This document shows positions 14,174-28,084 of a stretch of 64,000 nt of DNA, piece by piece. Location of the stretch: contig CM074511.1 of the NCBI GenBank assembly GCA_037379345.1, forward strand, positions 50,164,862-50,228,861, read 5' to 3'. The position numbers and the translations under genes were made by a program. Source of the DNA: Perna viridis (taxonomy: Eukaryota). The number at the start of each line of letters is the position of its first letter. Position 1 is the stretch's first letter. The notes beneath the pieces were generated by a model. That model did not search any database. It was not told the DNA's origin and worked only from the letters and a program-made list of their open reading frames with translations.

Positions 14174-16415
14174 TATTTAGAGTATTATTGCATTTATGGT
14201 CTGTTAGTATTTTTCCTAACATGGGCATGTGTTGATCAGAATTCATTGTGTTATTATTTTTGTTAATTATTTTTTGTTATGGAAAATATTGAGCAGAAGG
14301 TATTTTTATGGTTAGACAAAACAGTTTGCCTTCACGGACCATAGTGAGCATGTTTCTCAATATCTGACGAATCAAATTAGTAATAAAATAAACTCCACAT
14401 GACCCGTTTATCACCAGTACCTTCAAGACGTCCCACTCATAATGAAAGAAGGTTGGATAAGCAGAACAACAGAATTAGAATATGTTGAATACCGATCTGA
14501 TAGAAATGAGTTTTGTTTCCCAGGAGACATGTATAAATATCTGATCTGAAGATTCTGGCTCGCGAAGGCCAAATAAAATAATAAAAGCAAATTAACAGCA
14601 ATTACACATCTTAGCACTGACGTCAAACTATAGGAATCGTTTCCAGACATTACCAATCTCAATAGTATTAGTCCAAAATTAGTCTTGATGAAAGTAATAT
14701 TGTTTTAACTTACATGCGTACTTTACTCCAAGGCTATCAAATCACTTAGTTTGTAATCCTTTCAAACTGACAATTATATTTGGGGTTTTTTTACGAGCCT
14801 GTTAAATATTTTTTCAATGGTTTTTAAACACGACTTCACCAAAATTTTTCATATATAAAACATTAATGAAGTTTTGGTTTAGTTTGCTTGCACAGATTAA
14901 AATGTTATATCGACAAATGATATATAAAACGTGCAGTAGTTCTTTGTCTGGTAGATTGTTAATTCATATCCCAATGCCAAAACACTATCCTCTGCAAAAG
15001 CATACTATCTGTATTTTTGAATTAGAAATCTGGAATCTTGAAATAGAAACGCTTTGATCAGCCGAGAAACAATGTTTTGGTAGAAATATTTTTTTTTCAG
15101 GTTTCATGTTCTTTTTAATTGAATTTACATAACGGTTAATGAAATAAGATTGTATCTTTGTATTTCATGATTATAAATGTTGTGCTTTATTATATAGTCA
15201 ATGTTTTCTGTAAACTGAAAATTACTATGTTGAAAATAAAACTCATTATTAACTTTAAGAGATCATGGTTTCGACCATTAAGCACCGTACATCAACTACC
15301 TGAAAAATAATCACGACATTGTAATTTCGTTTTGTGGCAAAAAGTGCATATTTTTAAGTGACCTACATTTGATGTAAAAATAACTGATTAGAAACTCGAG
15401 TAAATTCATTCATTAAAATGCATTGTATTCCTTAGGGTTTAATTTGTTTGGGAGATGAAAAATTGAATCATTAAATTTTCAAAACTATGTTCTATTGTAT
15501 AGACGACTTGAATCATTAATAATATTTGAAGTATGCAGGAGATGCTATATTGAAATTTATAAGCACGTGGATAGCTTCTCAAGTCTAATGGCAAAGTTAG
15601 GTGCACCCTGCTGGCATTAGCAGCTCTTATTTGCGTCATAAAATCTAATATTACTTTATCTTATGAAATTTCTATCATTCTAAGTACGTCTAACCATAGA
15701 ATAAAATAAACTGCAACTAAATCTGCTTCATCGCGAAGTAAACCGTTTTCTACATAACCAATACAGTATTTCCAAGTCTAGGCAAATCAATATACCATTA
15801 ATTCCAAAGAATAAATAAATGTTGTTTTCTATGCAAGAACTGTGTGAATTACGAGTTGTTATATTTCTTCTGTGTTGTATCGTGAGACTAAATCAAAGAA
15901 AAATGACTAGAATATAAAATAATGAGGACTATACATTAACAATAATGTTGTTTTTTCCCTCATAATTCATTTTTTCTTGTTTCTTGAAAACATTTATGTT
16001 AAAATAATACACATAGCTGGAATACATATGCACGATATCGAATATTACGGTCGATGTTTAGAAATAACGTGACATGTTGCTTGGTGAGCAGCAAGTAATT
16101 GTTCCATATAATAATTTCTCGTTTTTCTTATCATAACTGTAACTAAGAGCTACGTTTCAATATTCGTTAATATAACACAGTATTCACAAATATTTGTTTT
16201 CTTTAATTGTTACTTTATCAGTTCATATGGGGAATTGCATTTTATACAAAATGTAGACATTTGCAATGTTAGTTCTAACTCAGGTTTAAATATAAGACCG
16301 TCTTTAGTGGTCGTTTTCAATCGGATGGAGCTTGTGACCAATTACAGTTTCAACTGTATTTCCCGATTGCACTGCATAGATCTTGTTTCACGTTGCAATG
16401 AAAAACAAATTGTTT

Positions 16416-17880
16416 ATAGTTTACACTGACAACCCAAGTAGGACTTCAATAAGTGACCTTACAGTTTACACTGACGACCCAAGTAAGACTTCAATAAGTG
16501 TCCTTATAGTTTACACTGACGACCCAAGTAGGACCGCAATGGGTGACCTTATAGTTTACACTGATGATCCAAGTAGGACTGCAAGAAGTGACATTATAGT
16601 TTACACTGACGACCCAAGTAGGACTGCAAGGAGTGACCTTATAGTTTACACTGACGACCCAAGTAGGACCGCAAGGAGTGACCTTATAGTTTACACTGAC
16701 GACCCAAGTAGGACCGCGATAAGTGACCTCATAGTTTACACTGATGACCCAAGTAGGACCGCAATGAGTGCCCTTATAGTTTACACTTACGATCCAAGTA
16801 GGACTTCGATGTTTACAATGACGATCCGCGTAGGACTTCATTGAATGACCTTTATTAGCTTACACTGACGACCCAAGTAGGAATTTAGTGAGTGACCTTT
16901 ACAGTTTACACTGACGACCCATGTAGGACTTCAATTTTACATAGACGACCCAGGTAGGACTTCAATGAGTGACATTATAGTTTACACAGACGACCCAGGT
17001 AGGACTTCAATGAATGACATTATAGTTTACACAGACGACCCAGGTAGGACTTCAATGAGTGACCTTTTAGTTTACACAGACGACCCAGGTAGGAATTCAG
17101 TGAGTGACCTTATAGTTTTCACAGGCGATCGTTTTGGGAATTCGGTGACTGATCTTTGTAGTTTTTACAGACGACTTAGGTAGGACTTCAATGAGTGACA
17201 TTATAGTTTACACAGACGACCCAGGTAGGACTTCAATGAGTGACCTTTTAGTTTACACAGACGACCCAGGTAGGAATTCAGTGAGTGACCTTATAGTTTT
17301 CACAGGCGATCCATTTAAGAATTCGGTGACTGATCTTTGTAGTTTTTACAGACGACTTAGGTAGGACTTCAATGAGTGACATTATAGTTTACACAGACGA
17401 CCCAGGTAGGACTTCAATGAATGACATTATAGTTTACACAGACGACCCAGGTAGGACTTCAATGAGTGACCTTTTAGTTTACACAGACGACCCAGGTAGG
17501 ACTTCAATGAGTGACCTTTTAGTTTACACAGACGACCCAGGTAGGAATTCAGTGAGTGACCTTATAGTTTTCACAGGCGATCGTTTTGGGAATTCGGTGA
17601 CTGATCTTTGTAGTTTTTACAGACGACTTAGGTAGGACTTCAATGAGTGACATTATAGTTTACACAGACGACCCAGGTAGGACTTCAATGAGTGACCTTT
17701 TAGTTTACACAGACGACCCAGGTAGGAATTCAGTGAGTGAAATTATAGTTTTCACAGGCGATCCATTTAGGAATTCGGTGACTGATCTTTGTAGTTTTTA
17801 CAGACGACTTAGGTAGGACTTCAGTGAGTGACCTTATAGTTTACACAAACGACCCAGGTAGAACTTCATTGAGTGACGAC
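16416..17880. repeat. 45-bp minisatellite (~32 units) with two sub-arrays and higher-order repeats
   Basis: Unit approximately AGTTTACACWGACGACCCARGTAGGACTTCAATGAGTGACCTTAT; period measured as 16598 to 16643. Confidence 0.97.
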
Positions 17881-19223
17881 TCAAGTATTAAAATTAAGAC
17901 TTAAATCAGAGATCTGACGAAACAGACTTCTATACAAAAGATATCTTTTTTCTATTTTTATTGTATAAAGTTGCAATAAGTTAAATTTCAGACCATTTAC
18001 CATCATTTGTCTGAATGTTCGCATTTCAGGAGATGTTCATATGCTATAGCTGAAGTGTTTGAGGTTTTTTGTTGGTGTTATGCATGTCGTTGGAATAGTC
18101 TGATACAGTAACGCATGTTTTTTTTTCTTTGTTCGTAGAATCCGAAAAGTTATATATGTACAATGTTAAAACAGAATTGTTGTCATCAAGGAAAAATAAA
18201 ATTTATGTGTTGATATAGAAACCTTTTTAAGGTAGTTTTATGAAGGAAAGAAATATAAGTGTTTTATACGTTGATTGTGATTTTCACCCAATAATGTTAA
18301 ATATCAAGTTCGCACAGTTAAGATTTTGTGGTTAACTTTAAATTTTGGTGTAAACTTGGTGATTAGCCCATTTAAAAACAAGTACTATCGTTCAAAAAAG
18401 ACAGTCGACGCACTTTCTTGCTTTGTCAGTCTATCATCAAAATATAGAAAGTCCTATTTTGTTTTATTTGGTGCTTTGTGCTATGTTTTATTTAATTATT
18501 AAATTAGATCAAGAAATTAACCAATATATATGAAAGTCAAAGGACTGTCCTTGAATGAAAATATTCCGGACACAAATGCCCAACTGGAGCCGTTGTCAAC
18601 ACTTGACCATGCAATAAAATGGGAGGTTGAAAGCTGCATTAATTAAGTATCATGGGTGTCACGTGATGTCAAAGCGAATTCAATAAGACGGTTCGACCGC
18701 TTAACGGTTTTCAGACAGATAATACATACAGCTGCTTAGCGTAGATTTCGGCCCAAGTAGAATTTAAAATTTACACCTCCAAATATAAGTTAACAGATTA
18801 ACAACTTCACTTATTTGAGTTAATGTTTAATGATGGACTCTAATTGCCACCGTCTTTGACATCTTATGAAAAGACTGCTAGAGAATTCTCAACAGCATTC
18901 ACTGTATGTCACAAAAGACAAATTCCTAAACAAATCCTCAAGATCATATTTAAACTAGATATGGAAGAAATGAGAGGTTAAAACAAAATAGAACTCGTAC
19001 AGTTGTTTAATATTACTCTCGTCATATACTTCCGTTTTTTAGGTAAACTTTTTTGTTTGTGTTTTCTCATCAATTGTCAATCATTTTACTTACTTTACTT
19101 TATGTTTTACTTTTTTGTTGTCATTTTTTATATATTATTTTGTGATGTGTTGTCGATGGTAAAGCGTTTTTTTTAATTTTTCATTGGCCTTTATACATGA
19201 TTATTGTTTCTTGGGAAATGGGG

Positions 19224-19704
19224 CATCCTCCCAAGTCAGGGTTTTTAGTCCACTCTCTCTCCCTCAAACCCCTGACATCACTCATTCATATTTAGCGGGT
19301 ATCGTTCAGCGCCATCTAGTGAGTTTCTTAAATTTAACCCGGATCCAAAATCCTATCAAATCACTCGTAATAGAAACTTTTTGATATAACTTACAAAATG
19401 GCTACACATAACGTCATTTTTTTTCAGTAAAGACTCTAAACAGAATCTACAGTTACCATTTTTGCTCATATTGCATCATTTGTGACATCATACAACTTTC
19501 AGTTACTATATCGGATCGTCTATTACATCGTATTATTGTTTACCTTTCCACAGACATTTCATGTTAAATCGATTTTCATTGGTGCTTCGCACCCGGAGAA
19601 GCCATCAGTCGGAATTGGCTGGACGATACCCGCCAAATATGAATGAGTGATGTCGGGGGTTTGAGGGAGCAAGGGTGGACTCAAAACCCTGACTTGGGAG
19701 GATG
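19224..19704. mobile_element. MITE / non-autonomous DNA transposon with ~87-bp TIRs
   Basis: CATCCTCCCAAGTCAGGGTTTT... (19224-19310) is inverted at 19618-19704; no clear TSD. Confidence 0.85.
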
Positions 19705-22700
19705 TGGATAGGGTGTATGTTGTTTATATATATATATATATATATAAAACACTGAATGAACGAATCCAAAATAATAGGGGTATAAAAAACCTAACAATGA
19801 CAATAACGTAACTTGTGTAGCCCAATTTAAGAAATTTCTGCTATTGTATGGTTTCTGTTTTTTTTAGTTTAGTCCGGAAATATACTGCATGTGTGGAGAA
19901 AAGATATTTGCTCCTTTTTAAGGTTTGGCATTTATTATGCAGTTTTACATCTGTTTAGCTTATCTACAGCAAAGCAGAACTGGTAAACGGTAATTATTAA
20001 ATCGAGTTTTCTTGCCTGTAAATGCTTTATCAATAACCCCATATGTACAATTTTGTTTTTATCTTCTACTGAATAAATTCGTTCGCAGCTACAGAATCTG
20101 CCCAGACGTGTTGAACGTAATCCGCAGCTACAAAATCTGCCAGGACGTGTTAAACGTAATCCATGTAATATATGAGCATATAATTCAACTATTGATCATT
20201 TAATGCTCAAAGTACTTTCAATGATTTCATTAGTATAATGCTGTCTTAACTGAATCTATTAGCTTCCGTGTGATTGACATTTTCTTTGCAAAGAGTTTAC
20301 AATTTTTCGTCTAAAGCTATTCCTAATAGAAGTACAGATAAATTGGTAACAATAGCAACCTTTGGAATGAACATCAGTCATGCCAGTAGTCTTTCTGTTT
20401 CTGGATATAGCAATTGGTAGTTGGGAGGCATTATTATCCGTCCGTCTCCAGGACAACCGGATGATGTTAGGAAAGTTCTGTTGCTTCGGTAATTCAGTGT
20501 TTTGTTTCTCAAGTAAATGAAATTTAGAATTGATTTTATCACCTAAGCCGATTTCTTCTCAATAAAACTGCAATATTGCTATTACAGAGCGAAGTAAAAA
20601 CTTCAGATAAACACCAACATTCTACCATACTCAGTCTAATTTGCCTGGAAGTTAACAAAAGCCGTCCTTTTCAACTTTTCAAAGATTTTATGAATTATTG
20701 CAGCAGTTTTGAACAAAAAAAACTAAGGAAAACCCAGAGATTACACATGTTGAAATTGCCTTAGAAGATAATAAGTGAATAATTAATAGGAATATCTTGG
20801 ATTGGTGGCCTAGCTTATAAAATATGAATGGATACAATTAATACAGCTGGTGAAACATGTTTGTTTTTTTTTTTCAGATTGCTTCATCACTGCCATACAA
20901 TTATATGAACTTGTTATATATAGTTAAGTTTATAGTGAAAATCATAAAAAATGTATCTTGCAAACCATTTCCAATTTGTTCTCAGTTACGTATTGGAAAT
21001 TTTACCTCAGTTTGATTTAAACGTACTTTATATCATCCTTGGTCTAAAACGCATGTAAGTTTTGGTATGTTTAACATACCTTCGAGCTATCGACGTTTCG
21101 ATAGTCTACCTTTATTTGTAGTATTGATATCGAAATTGAATGTTGTTCAAACAGTTCCAAATATTGCTTTTACCGATTTTTGATAACAATTTCCTGGAAA
21201 TGAAACTACAATGATTGTTAGTCAAATCTATAGACTGAAGCCGAGAGACCAATTATTCTTATACTTGTATGGTATTATCAGGGATGTCGAACGGAATCGA
21301 TTTATAATTTCATATCGTCTTATATGCCTTTAGGGTCAGTAAACAAAAAATTGTTGTTTTATTGTTCCATGGATATTTTTATGTGAGATGTGGCACTGAA
21401 TTCACAGAAGTAACACTATCATTACATTCTGTACCTCAGTTAAACAACCGATTGGTCCATGTGAAACACTTTCCCTTGAGTCATACCCAATACTGCTTTT
21501 ATAGTCTAATTGACTCAATTTAGTAGTCTATGGTTACATTGCAAATTACACAGAAAACTTAGAAAAGTAAAATCTGCATTTTTATACGGTAATTGCACAT
21601 ATTGTACATCAGTATAGTACAGTGTAGGTTGAAGATCAAACAAATCATTTATTGATCAGCTTTTATTCTGGTTCATCCTATAGCATGTCATACGTGTATT
21701 ACATAACAGTCTCTGTTATATAAGTGACATATTTATATCGATTTCACATTTCTGTTGAGTGAAATCCTTTATATCTGTCTAGAATAACTTCGAAAAAATG
21801 AACGAAGTATTTTTTAATCTCTTTTATAAGCTAAGAAATCACGGCAGATAATTGTTTTATAGTTAAAAAATGATACGGTATGTTGATTTCATTTAGATAT
21901 AATTCTCAACACGCCATAAAGATGCACGCATTCTCCTGGTTAAGGTGCGCATATTTCTGAATGGCCTTGGGTACCGTATTTCATTACTGATTATTAACTT
22001 TTTTTCCAAAAGAAAAAACAATTCATGCCCAATTTATTATAAAAAGTTACTGTCTGTAATCTGAAAATAAAAAAAATATGAAGAATTTAAAGGAAAACTT
22101 CTACTTAACTCAACTGAATGTTCAAAGAATTCCGGAGACCAGAAAAAAAATCTGCTATCAAGCATGAAAATCCCGTCCTTCCCTATTTGATGATAAAATG
22201 GTCGGTGCTTTTTACACATGACTTTCCACGGTTGATTCTAAAAGTCATATTATGCGTTGTGTCCTTGAGATCTCTGTTACGACAAACTGAGATAATACAT
22301 GTAGTTTATATATTGAAGAACACCTTATCGACAGAAATTATCAGCTCAGCTGATATACAAATTGTAATTTCACGGGCGACAAACCATGTAATTTCAGTGT
22401 ATGTCGTTGGCGGCAACATGTTTTCATGTATATACCTGTATTTGTAAGATGATACTGGGTGAAATACCATGAGATCAAAGTGGTTCTAACAGCGTTACAA
22501 CCACTTTGAATGCTATTTTTTCACGAAATTGAGCAAAGTAAAACTAAAACGTTTTTGACCAAAAAAAAAGACTTGATTTCAAGAATAGAAATTAAAAATG
22601 ATTGACAGGATAATATTAATTAACTGTTCACTTTCATGGGACTTTGTTTATTGTAAACAACATATTCTATAATCCCACAAACACATGTTTTCCTTTATAC

Positions 22701-25700
22701 CGTAGTCTAATTTAAAGCCAACACACGGAAGCCCTGTATTGATTTTCCTGGAAGTAAGCTGGATATGCTAATTCATCCATTATATAGGAAAAAATACCGG
22801 AAACAGACCTATAGAACTACAGAGCCCTACAAAGATAGAGACAACAACGTTAATACTTATGGCGACAAGTCAGCACGCTGTCGATATCATAAACGGAAAC
22901 GTAACAACATACTGACAGTGATGATCGTCAAACTTTACAACTAGGAACTGTTTAACAGGCTTTCTCTGTTATAGTCAGGCCTTCATTCTGTTTTGATTGC
23001 AACAAGAGCCAATAATGTTGTTGATTGTGAAGAAAGAATAACAAACAATTCAGGTGGAAAACATAGACTCCGGCAAGATTACATCGATCGACCATAGTTC
23101 CCTGCTTACAACTTCAAATTTAGCATCTGCAATTTTTCAATATGCACTTCTTTTATGTTCCAATCAAAACAGATTTATTTGCATGCTTGATAAAACTTCA
23201 AAATGTAAAATATGAGGTACAAAAACTTATATCTACTTGCTTTGATGATTGAAACGCACAATCTATGCGAGAAGCTCCCAATCCTAGCTCTATTTATTTT
23301 ATTATAAAGTCTACTCTTTGTATCTGTGCTCAGTAGTAAAGTCATAAACAACAAAAGAAATCCTTTTAACCTTCAATGAAGCGTGGGTTGTTAAGTGCAT
23401 TGAAAGCTTCAACGATGCCTTGCCAGTTTTTTTTTTTTTTTGGTTTTGGTTTTGTTTTTGTTTTTTGGTTTTTTTTTTGGTTTCAAAAGTGAATAATTGT
23501 ATCATCGGCATATTTCACACGTCTCTGTTGCACTGTTTGGGTTTAAATCTTAGTTAATGTTTTCGATTACACCATGATAACGAAATATCCGACAAAAATG
23601 TCTATTTTTGAAAAGATTTTAGCATATTATATGTTAACAAAATGGAGAATTTTTTTAATGACGCCAAAACGTTACGAAATTTGTCTTATATTTCACTACA
23701 GTTGCTGTCTTTTGTGTTTAATCTACGTTAATTTTCCTTATTAAGCTTATTTTCCTCTGTAACATTATTACAGTTTAATCATGTGGAAAATGCGAAACTA
23801 CCACGTCTAAGAATAGACCAGAAATTGGTAGTGCGTGTAGTTTTTTGTCTAGTGAGCCTACGTCATAGTGGGAATATGGGAATTAAAAGCTATTATTTTT
23901 CTTATCGAAGCATTTGTATTTCTCAGTAATGTGTACAATTATGTTATTAATTATTCAGAAACCCAGTCGGCGTCCTAACAACACTGCATTGGGGAAGAGC
24001 ACAATCGTGACACAATTTAAGTTATTAGTAAGCACATAAGTAGTAATGGCTCATCTGCTGTTCATATTTAAAACAATTGGGAAGTGTGTATAGTTCATAT
24101 TAGCATTCCTGGTACTGGAACCCTTCAGTGCTCTTCCAAGTATTCATAGCACCGAAGAGGTATGTTACTTCGTATGCATGTCCAATGTTTCTGCAAGGCA
24201 GGATGGCTATGCAGTGCCTCACCTCCACTGCACTGGGGATATGTTCAGAAATTCTGGGTGTTACAGATGACCTTTCAGTGCCTATGAACCATAATTGGTA
24301 CGATTTATGACTGAAGGTTTGATTTGTCTAATATGTCCTTTTTTGTCGATTATACAAGTTCATGGGTTTTTTTTTGTGGTATGATTTCTTCGATTGTGGA
24401 CATACTAGTAAGAAGCTGTGAAAGATAACACTAAGCATGGAATTTTCCTCCTTAGAATAGAAAAATTATCTTTACTCGGTTGTCTTGGATAGAACGACTC
24501 TATAACATTATGATACTAAAATATAAACAGTGTGTCTGATAAATTAAAAACAACTCATGAATTATACAAAGAAACTGAAAAAATGCAAGTCTAAACAACA
24601 ATACTTGGTTATAGAAAACAAGGTAATATTGTATTGAAATAGTATCTTCTGTTTTGATTAATACAAAATAGAGATTGATTTTTATTATGTTAACCCAATG
24701 AAATAAGGAGGATAGTAGAGGGTTGAGTTACCCATGAAACAAAGTTCATTCAAATATAATCTAAAGGTTTTGTTTAAGAGTGTGAGAAAATATAGTATAC
24801 TGAAGGAGTGATATGAACTATATTGATCTACAAAATTGAAAATTCCAATGACATTTTTATGCATTTCTGGTATCACCACGTGAAATGAATTATTGCATTC
24901 AGTTAATAGTCAAAATATCAAACATTCGTATTGAAAACATAAATAATAATTAATGAAGATGTTTTCATTGAATTACATCAATCATCTCACTCTAGCTGTT
25001 ATAACCTTATTGGAAAATCAATCACTGAATAGAAATGGTTGTTTGAAACTGCAGACTTTTGATTAAATAGAATAGATAAATTGGTATCTTTTGACTAGTT
25101 ATTATTTTTTATTCGGTACAGTCATTTTGCTGTTAACCTAAATAGCATGGTCAAAAGGCATTAAATCGTCCCGGGTTTTATATAAGTCCGAGCTTATCTT
25201 GATCACCATCGTCTTCTTTTAGACGATGTCGTCTATTACGTCGTTTCCAATGACTTTTGTACAAGCTGTGTCAGCAATTGATACATACATTTTTTGCCCT
25301 GTCAGCATTGAATGTGTGTACAAAAACAAGAAGTTAGTTTTACATAACAATGTTATAAATTGACCAACTTTTCCATTTTGAAAATGTTTGTCTCTTACTA
25401 TTTATAACGCCAATACTAATTTAGCTACAGTAGTGAAGTCAGAAAACAATGCCCGTGTTAATGAAGCATCTCTTTATTTAAACAAATGCCTTCATTAATT
25501 CAAACATTGCATTTACAATTCGTTTTGTTACCTTCTTGTTGCAAAATGAGAAAGATTAAAATAGCATCGCTTTTTTTCGTCATAAAATCGAAATTAGATG
25601 TCAAGTAGTAGCATTGGAAGGGTGTTTGAATTTTAATTATCGACTGTTTGGATTCTGCTAAGAATACTTGACATTTAGAACAAGTATGCAAGAAGAAAAT

Positions 25701-27921
25701 CATTAATCATTACATCCTGTTGAAATATTCAGCTTAATGTCAAACCCAATCTGCTGCTTGTAATCGTATTAGCAAACATTGCGCAATCCCATCTTCATGT
25801 CAAATATTCATTTCTCATAATATAAGAAAGTTCAGCGTTCATCTGTAACAACGCTTACCATGTTACTAAATAGTATTTAGACAATGGAAGAAACAGCTAA
25901 ACCATAGAGATAAATCTAAGGCAGAAAGCCAAAGAAAAGTTCCTTACTATTTGATAAGGTCCTTGATGTGAAAATGTTTATTGGTCACTATGATATAAGA
26001 AAACCGCTTGTACAAATACTAGTAATAAGTAGTAACTGTTAAATTACTTTGTTTTTAGTTTGTTTATTGTTTTTGTTTTTGTTTTTGTTTTTGTTTTTTT
26101 AGTATTTTCAATTTATTTTCTTTACACTGTAAATAGGATTGTCCGCATTTTACATTTTGTTGCCAAGCTCCATGCATTGACAGGTGTCCGTTTTCTTGAC
26201 GCCGACCTTACAACATACTTGGGAAATATTCAAATCATGTTTTTTTTACCGACAAACCTTAGCAAACCTCTGTACATGTAATATCAACATTTGCTCTTAA
26301 CTTGTTTTAGGTACTGCCCATGGCACCTAGAGGTTAGAGACCAGCAATTCTATTTCCCTTCGTCTTCAGTGATAATTTAACCATTTTAAAAGACTATCAA
26401 CAATTATACTTTAAGATAACGAAGATTATATATCACTATAATTCTACATATGTGTCTGTTAAAACATAAACATAAAGGGCTCGCAGTGAAATACTGGCCA
26501 CTGGAAGTGAATGATCTATAAAAATCATGCATTATTTTCACAAATTAGGGGTATATTCTTGAAAACACTTAATGCCAAATGTAACGAATATACAGAACCT
26601 TTTTTCCATTCATAAACAGTTTTAATTTTTAAAATCAAATGGATATTTTTTCACAACGCAGTGAGGATAAGGCTGTAAATTGTGTGTAGGACTATCTTTT
26701 TCTAATACTTGTTTGTTTAATTAGTGATCTATAACTTACAGTGTCCCATTTTTTTCCAGATTACGTTTCTTTACGGGTAAACAGTTTTTTATAAGTCGCT
26801 TTATTTGTAAGCCGAAATTTTGTATTAACTAGTAGTTCATTTTTTTCCAGTGTAAATCCTGCTTTTGGTAACTAATGGTTTTTTTTCTGCCTGAGACAAA
26901 TCTTTTTGTCGTTCTGCAATAATGAAATAATTCTACCTGAAAACAATGCTCAAGACAAATGCAGCAGTTTTGCTTGCATCAACTTATTTTATTTTAAATC
27001 TTTTGTCAGAATATTTTCTTATTCACAGTAACAGAAACCAGAATTAGATCTCTTTTATTCCCTTGCCGATTTGGCTGATAGATTAGCGATTATCTTGTCA
27101 GTTTGGGAACGAAAATTCTGCGACTCTGATTTCTGGAAATTTATTAAGTATGCATCGGTTCCCTTGATAGGCTAAACTTAAGTCAGAATTGTCAACTAGG
27201 ATTTTACGCTTTGAAGACCCACGGTTGATGTTAAATCGGTTTTTAATGCTAGTTTCAGCTTTATTTGTATTAGTTCCGTGATAATTGTGTTTTCAGCCAG
27301 GGAGGAATTTCTTCCCTGTATTTAGTACTTTTCTTATCTTTTGTGCATAGTCACTAATGTCATGCCAAAAAAAGAGACAACAATATATTAGTCGATATCT
27401 GATATCGTTGGTAATGAAGAGGGGGTCGCTATTGTTTAATTTATCACGGGTGCATTTCTCAAAAGATGTAAATTGTACATTGATTGATGCATTTTAAAAC
27501 AATTTGCATCAATTTAAGTAGCTGTCTTAATAAAAATCAGACAGGGTTTGATTGGTGAAAAAACCTACCGAATTCACTTCAGAAACAGTTAGTGACCACA
27601 CAACTAGACTTAGTTTGTTGCACTTACTTAGGGTGTGTATGAAATGGTACTTAGCAGAAGTATCGTTCTTGATTTGGTTGATTTTATTTATTTCAGTGTG
27701 AGATAAATGTATGATTTTCTCAAAAATGCGGATAAATATACAGAGCAGAAATAAAGCATGTGGAGACCGAGAAAACATCATTTGTTGAAGTTCGTTGGAT
27801 TTTTCTACACCATGAATCGCCTTTACTATAGGCAGTGTTTAAATGTTATGTGTTCGCTGAAATATTCCATTTCATTCGTTTTGTTAATGTTCATAATATT
27901 TATGCATTTCTTTTTTTTCAG

Positions 27922-28084
27922 TTATGGTGACATGGTACCTCACACTATTCCTGGTAAAGTTGTCGGTGGTATTTGTTCACTTAGTGGTGTCTTAGTAATT
28001 GCTTTGCCAGTTCCTGTTATAGTATCAAATTTTAGTCGTATATATCATCAAAATCAACGAGCAGATAAACGAAAAGCTCAAAAG
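27922..28084 (+). CDS. Shal: Shal/Kv4 exon: pore (YGD), S6 (PVP hinge), proximal C-terminus
   Basis: ttttttttcag|T TAT GGT GAC ATG ... CAA AAG|gtaagg; 163 nt, phase-2 start splitting the first Gly codon of GYG. Confidence 0.97.

Noticed and set aside
16383-17635. Repetitive ORFs (VYTDDPSRT...) and CRISPR-like periodicity
   Set aside because: The 45-bp unit is a multiple of three, so open frames arise on both strands. There are no unique spacers, no cas genes and no splice support, and frameshifts occur in the array. It is a minisatellite.
20083-20162. Small local tandem duplications (39 bp here; also 11341-11368, 42866-43070, 49531-49638)
   Set aside because: Ordinary slippage duplications with no evidence of function.
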